DNA from: Planctomycetota bacterium | GTDB taxonomy: Bacteria > Planctomycetota > B15-G4 | DNA: 64,000 nucleotides | Direction: 5' to 3' | Assembly: GCA_038212275.1 (NCBI GenBank) | Contig: JBBQUR010000001.1 | Coordinates: forward strand, 224,001 to 288,000 | Position numbers and translations under genes: made by a program | Notes under the pieces: generated by a model | The model's database searches: none | What the model was told of the DNA's origin: nothing | What the model saw: the letters and a program-made list of their open reading frames with translations, nothing else | Shown here: positions 59,528 through 64,000 of the stretch, one piece after another | Layout: every line of letters begins with the position of its first letter | Position numbering within the stretch: position 1 is the first letter of the stretch

Positions 59528-60505
59528 ATGAAGAGTTTCATCCGCCCGGTGCTCGCCGCGCTGCTCCTTCACACGGCCGTGTCCGCGCAGGCCGTCAGCG
59601 TCGATCCTGCACTGCCCGAGTACACGCCGGTGCAGGGCGTGTCCGGCAGCCTCAAGAGCGTCGGCTCCGACACGATGAACAACGAGATGGCGCTCTGGGC
59701 CGAAGGCTTCAAGCGCCTCTACCCGAGCGTGAAGATCGAGATCGAAGGCAAGGGCAGCTCCACCGCGCCGCCCGCGCTCGTCAAGGGCAGCGCGCAGTTC
59801 GGCCCGATGAGCCGCGAGATGAAGTCCGAGGAGATCGAGGACTTCGAAAAGGCCTTTGGCTACAAGCCCACGTCGCTGCCGACCAGCATCGACATGCTCG
59901 GCGTCTACGTGAACAAGGACAACCCGATCGAAGGTCTCACGCTGCAGCAGCTGGACGCGATCTTCAGCAAGTCGCGCAAGGGCGGCGCCGATCGTGACGT
60001 GCGCACCTGGGGCGACCTCGGACTCACGGGCGAGTGGGCGGACAAGCCGATCTCGCTCTACGGCCGCAACAGCGCCTCGGGCACGTACGGCTACTTCAAG
60101 GAACACGCGCTCTTCAAGGGCGACTACAAGGACGAGGTCAAGGAGCAGCCGGGCAGCAGCTCGGTCGTGCAGGGCGTCGCGAGCGACCGCTACGGCATCG
60201 GCTACAGCGGCATCGGCTACAAGACGGCCGACGTGCGCGCGGTGCCGCTGGCACACGCGGCCGGCGAGGACTTCGTGGCCGCGGAGCCGGAGAACGGCTA
60301 CTCGGGCGACTATCCGCTGTCCCGCTACCTGCTGCTGTACGTGAATGTGAAGCCGGGCACCGCGCTCGACCCGCTGCGACGCGAGTTCGTGCGCTACGTG
60401 CTGTCGCACCAGGGTCAGGACGAGGTGGTGAAGGACGGCTACCTGCCGCTGCCCGCCGCGGTCGCCAGGGAGTCGTTGCGCAAGGTCGAAGTGCCCGGCG
60501 TCTGA
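59528..60505 (+). CDS. pstS: Phosphate ABC transporter substrate-binding protein
   Basis: SVGSDTM, EGKGSSTAPPAL, GPMSR, GRNSASGTYGYF, YPLSR. Confidence 0.96.
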   Translation: MKSFIRPVLAALLLHTAVSAQAVSVDPALPEYTPVQGVSGSLKSVGSDTMNNEMALWAEGFKRLYPSVKIEIEGKGSSTAPPALVKGSAQFGPMSREMKSEEIEDFEKAFGYKPTSLPTSIDMLGVYVNKDNPIEGLTLQQLDAIFSKSRKGGADRDVRTWGDLGLTGEWADKPISLYGRNSASGTYGYFKEHALFKGDYKDEVKEQPGSSSVVQGVASDRYGIGYSGIGYKTADVRAVPLAHAAGEDFVAAEPENGYSGDYPLSRYLLLYVNVKPGTALDPLRREFVRYVLSHQGQDEVVKDGYLPLPAAVARESLRKVEVPGV

Positions 60506-60611
60506 GCGGGGTCCCCTTGGCACTACGCCAGCACGAGTCCGAGACGCGAGGCGGGATCGGGTGGTCGCAAGCCACCGGATCCCGCCTTGATTTGCAGGGC
60601 TCTGGACCACC

Positions 60612-63314
60612 ATGACGGGCAAGCCGATCACCGGACGCTCGCGCCGCCGCACGACTACGCGCGCGGTGAAGATCGCGGAGAGCGTGTCGCGCGTGTTCAT
60701 CACGTTCGGCGGGATGGGCACGATCGTGGCCGTGGGCGGGATTTTCCTGTTCCTGCTGTCGGTGGCCATCCCGCTCTTCCGCGGCGCCGAACTGCGCGAC
60801 GATGCGAGCGTCGCCGTCCCCGCGCTGCCGGATGCGGTGGCGCCGCTTCACGTCGCGATGGACGACTACCGCAGCTCGGCGTGGGCGCTGCTGCCCGGCG
60901 GCGAGGTGGTCGCCTTCGCGCTGACGGACGGTGCGGAGCTGGATCGCCGCACGCTGTTCGAGGGACGCGCACCCACGGCCTTCCACGCCGCGACGCACGG
61001 CGACTCCGTGGCCTTCGGCTTCGACGACGGCAGCGTGCAGATCGGGCGCATCGGCTTCAGCAGCCGCTTTCTGAGCGCTGACGATCCCGCCGTGACTGCG
61101 GAACAACAGGCCTCACTGCAGCCCGGCGTCTGGCAGCGGCTGGGAAAGGGGCTGGTGGAGCTCACCCCCGAGGGCCAGCTTCGCCTTCAGGAACTGAACG
61201 TCAGCCTCGATGAGCCCGTGCGCTCCGGCAGCGCCTCGCGCGTGCTGCTCATCACGCACTCGGACAGCGAGACGCGCGAGGTCTTCACGGTGCTCAAGGC
61301 GGACGGCTCGCTGCGGCGCGAGGATGTCGCTCGCCGCAAGAATCTGCTCACGGGGCTGGTGACCGTGAAGGTGAAAGAGGTCTCCCTGCCGCTGCAGCCG
61401 CGGCTGGGTCACGGCGCTCCGTCCTTTCTGCTGCAGTCCGATCTCGCCGACAGCATCTGTGTCGCGTGGGACGACGGCTTCACCCAGCGTTTCGACGTCC
61501 GCGATGCGACGGCGCCGAAGCTTGCCGAATCGCTGCAGCTGCTGCCCGGGAGCGATCTCAAGCTCACGGCACTCACGCAGTTGCTCGGCGCGACGACGGT
61601 TGTGGTCGGCGACTCCGGCGGCGGCCTGTCGGGCTGGTTTCTTGCGCGGCCCGAGAACGAGGCGGCGGGCGGCGATCTGCGCCTCGTCCGCGGACACACG
61701 CTTCCCGGGCGGCCTTTCGCGGTCACGTCGCTGGCCGTGTCCGCACGCAACCGGCAGTTCGCCGCCGGCTATGCCGATGGCGCCGTGCGCGTGCTGCACA
61801 TGACCTCCGAGCAACTGCTGGCCGAGGCCGCGCCGACGCAGGACGACAGTGTCGGCGAGTCGGGGTCCGGGACAGGCGCCGTCGCCGACGCGGACGCCGC
61901 CGCGGATGCGGGCGCTGCCACGGGATCATCCGGGGGTGATGGTACGGCCGCGCTCATCGCGCTCTCGCCGCGCGCCGATGGCCTGCTGGCGCTGGGCGCG
62001 GGCCAGGTGCGCCACTGGACGGTGCGCGCGGAGAGTCCCGAGACCACCTTCGCGGCCCTTTTCCGCCCGGTCTGGTACGAAGGCGCCAGCGGTCCGGCGC
62101 ACGTCTGGCAGTCCGGCGGCGGCACCGACGACATCGAACCGAAGTTCGGCCTCTGGCCGCTCGTGTTCGGCACGCTCAAGGCCAGCCTCTACTCGCTGAT
62201 CTTCAGCGTGCCCATCGCGCTGCTGGCGGCCATCTACACCAGCGAATTCCTGTCGCGCTCGATGCGCTCGCGCGTCAAGCCCCTGATCGAGATCATGGCC
62301 AGCCTGCCGAGCGTCGTGCTCGGCTTTCTCGCGGCCATCGTCATCGCGCCGGTGATCGAACACATCGTGCCGGAGGTGCTGGCGGCGATGCTCACCGTCC
62401 CGCTGGCCTTCGTGGTCGGCGCGCACCTGTGGCAGCTGCTGCCGCAGGGCGTGGCGCTGCGCCTTGCGGGGCTGCCCCGCTTCGCCGCGATGATTCTCGC
62501 CGTGTTCGCGGGCCTCGGCCTCGCGGCGCTCTGCGGCGGCGCTCTGCAGCGCGCCTTCTTCGCCGGCGACATCATGGCCTGGCTCGACGGCCAGAAGGGC
62601 GACAGCGTCGGCGGCTGGCTCCTGCTCACGCTGCCGACCGCAGTGTTCCTGGTCGTGCTGCTGCGCGTCCGTCTGCTTGCGGGCTGGACGCGCTCGGTGA
62701 CGCGTCAGTACTCGCGCGGTCGCAGCGCGGCCTTCGGCCTCGGCCTGCTGGTCGTCTCGCTGGGTGGCGTGGTGGTGCTGGCGCTCGGCTTCGCGCACAT
62801 GCTGAACGGCGCGGGCCTCGATCCGCGCGGGAGCTTCGTCGGCACCTACGTGCAGCGCAACGCGCTCATCGTGGGATTCCTCACGGGTTTCGCCGTGATC
62901 CCCATCATGTACACGCTGGCCGAGGACGCGCTGGCCTCGGTGCCGGACCATCTGCGCGCGGCGTCGCTGGCCGCGGGGGCCACGCCCTGGCAGACGGCGG
63001 TGCGCGTCGTCGTGCCGACCGCCATGAGCGGCATCTTCTCGGCAGTGATGATCGGCATCGGCCGCGTCGTCGGCGAGACGATGATCGTGCTCATGGCCGC
63101 CGGCAACACGCCGGTGCTCGACTGGAACATCTTCAACGGCTTCCGAACACTGTCCGCGACGATCGCCGTGGAACTCCCGGAGGCCGTGCAGGGCGGCACG
63201 CTCTATCGCGTGCTCTTCCTCGCGGCGCTCACGCTTTTCGGCATGACCTTCGTGCTGAACACGATCGCCGAAGTCGTCCGCCAGCGCTTCCGCAAGCGGG
63301 CTTACGAGCTGTGA
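60612..63314 (+). CDS. pstC: Phosphate ABC transporter permease PstC with large propeller-like periplasmic insertion
   Basis: PLVFGTLKA, EIMASLPSVVLG, EDALASVP, GRVVGETMIVLMA, ELPEA. Confidence 0.92.
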   Translation: MTGKPITGRSRRRTTTRAVKIAESVSRVFITFGGMGTIVAVGGIFLFLLSVAIPLFRGAELRDDASVAVPALPDAVAPLHVAMDDYRSSAWALLPGGEVVAFALTDGAELDRRTLFEGRAPTAFHAATHGDSVAFGFDDGSVQIGRIGFSSRFLSADDPAVTAEQQASLQPGVWQRLGKGLVELTPEGQLRLQELNVSLDEPVRSGSASRVLLITHSDSETREVFTVLKADGSLRREDVARRKNLLTGLVTVKVKEVSLPLQPRLGHGAPSFLLQSDLADSICVAWDDGFTQRFDVRDATAPKLAESLQLLPGSDLKLTALTQLLGATTVVVGDSGGGLSGWFLARPENEAAGGDLRLVRGHTLPGRPFAVTSLAVSARNRQFAAGYADGAVRVLHMTSEQLLAEAAPTQDDSVGESGSGTGAVADADAAADAGAATGSSGGDGTAALIALSPRADGLLALGAGQVRHWTVRAESPETTFAALFRPVWYEGASGPAHVWQSGGGTDDIEPKFGLWPLVFGTLKASLYSLIFSVPIALLAAIYTSEFLSRSMRSRVKPLIEIMASLPSVVLGFLAAIVIAPVIEHIVPEVLAAMLTVPLAFVVGAHLWQLLPQGVALRLAGLPRFAAMILAVFAGLGLAALCGGALQRAFFAGDIMAWLDGQKGDSVGGWLLLTLPTAVFLVVLLRVRLLAGWTRSVTRQYSRGRSAAFGLGLLVVSLGGVVVLALGFAHMLNGAGLDPRGSFVGTYVQRNALIVGFLTGFAVIPIMYTLAEDALASVPDHLRAASLAAGATPWQTAVRVVVPTAMSGIFSAVMIGIGRVVGETMIVLMAAGNTPVLDWNIFNGFRTLSATIAVELPEAVQGGTLYRVLFLAALTLFGMTFVLNTIAEVVRQRFRKRAYEL

Positions 63315-64000
63315 CGCCCGCCCCTGGAAACCCGCTGGTCTCCGGTGCCGCCCGCACGCCACGCCGGGCAGCAGCCGGCCATGGTGCGCTCTCGCGGCGC
63401 ACCGAGGGCGCGCGGCGCACGGCGCTGTTCGCCCACGGCGAACCGATGATCTGGATCACGGGCGGGGCGCTCGCCATCGCGCTGATCATGATCGTCGGCC
63501 TGCTCACGCTCGTCGTCGTGCAGGGCGCGGACACGTTCTGGCCCGAGTCCGTCGTGCAGTTCACCACCGCCGACGGCCGCGTGCTGGCGGGCGAAGTGAC
63601 GCGCAGCGAGGAGTGGACCGTGGACGGCTCGGCGGAAGGTCCCGGGCGCCGGCGCCTCCTTCGCGTCGGCAACTACGAGCTGACGGGCGAGCACTTCGCG
63701 TGGGTGCCCGATACGGACATCGTGGTGGAAAGCCGTCCGCCCTGGTTCCTGGTCGTGGAGCGCCTCTCGTGGGGGCGCTTCTACGGCGTGCCGAGCGGCT
63801 ACGTATCGGGTGGCAAGGCGGTGGCCTGCGATCCTGCCGACGCCTGGGCGTTCTTTGAAGCGAATCACGACGCGGTGCGCGAGCGCTGGGAGCAACGCAC
63901 GGAGCTGGAGACCGACACCATCGGCGACGTGAACCGCGAACTGGAAGACGCACGGCTCGCGCTGCGCACGGTGGAGCTGGAGCATGGCGTGAAATCGCCG
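63311..64000 (+). CDS. pstA: Phosphate ABC transporter permease PstA, 3'-truncated by the window edge
   Basis: GTGA overlap with pstC; GEPMIWITGGALAIALIMIVGLL...FWP, RVGNYELTGEHFAW, ERLSWGRFYG; frame open to the window end. Confidence 0.85.
   Translation, partial: MTPAPGNPLVSGAARTPRRAAAGHGALSRRTEGARRTALFAHGEPMIWITGGALAIALIMIVGLLTLVVVQGADTFWPESVVQFTTADGRVLAGEVTRSEEWTVDGSAEGPGRRRLLRVGNYELTGEHFAWVPDTDIVVESRPPWFLVVERLSWGRFYGVPSGYVSGGKAVACDPADAWAFFEANHDAVRERWEQRTELETDTIGDVNRELEDARLALRTVELEHGVKSP

Noticed and set aside
60612..63314. Unusually long 900-aa PstC
   Set aside because: Long PstC/PstA variants with periplasmic insertions are already known, for example in Pseudomonas-type pst operons

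Overview
High-GC bacterial chromosomal window, densely coding, with about 47 genes. I found no rRNA, tRNA, CRISPR array, transposase or integrase. The gene style suggests an uncultured Planctomycetota lineage (inference): DUF1501-like Tat protein, DCNGNG-repeat beta-helix protein, carboxypeptidase-regulatory-like protein, TPR and propeller Ser/Thr kinases. Left to right: (1) DUF442-like phosphatase and alpha/beta hydrolase; (2) an uncharacterised co-oriented cluster of a hypothetical protein, a helical-repeat protein, a Tat-exported DUF1501-like protein and a 1300-aa protein with 10 CxxCH haem motifs, LVIVD-type propeller repeats and 6 EF-hand loops, then a lipoprotein ORF with an in-frame TGA; (3) lipA plus a 2-oxoacid dehydrogenase operon with two E1-alpha genes for one E1-beta; (4) a ~17.6 kb accessory block (RhuM-Fic, two kinases, FAD monooxygenase, Crp/Fnr regulator with FNR-type box, hemerythrin and qNor, YihY, methyltransferase-transglutaminase fusion) ahead of lpdA-lipB; (5) beta-helix surface protein and a mazG cluster ending in a degenerate sigma54-type activator; (6) M1 aminopeptidase and Hcy-methyltransferase; (7) two IPT/TIG paralogues around a structured spacer; (8) actinobacterial-type clpS-DUF2017, ArnT-like transferase, radical SAM, divergent ClpP; (9) sulfatase-Rieske-miaE and pstSCA with a candidate Pho box. 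The best candidate for an undescribed system is the decahaem/DUF1501-like cluster at 1.2-8.0 kb. All family assignments come from motif recognition, not database searches.
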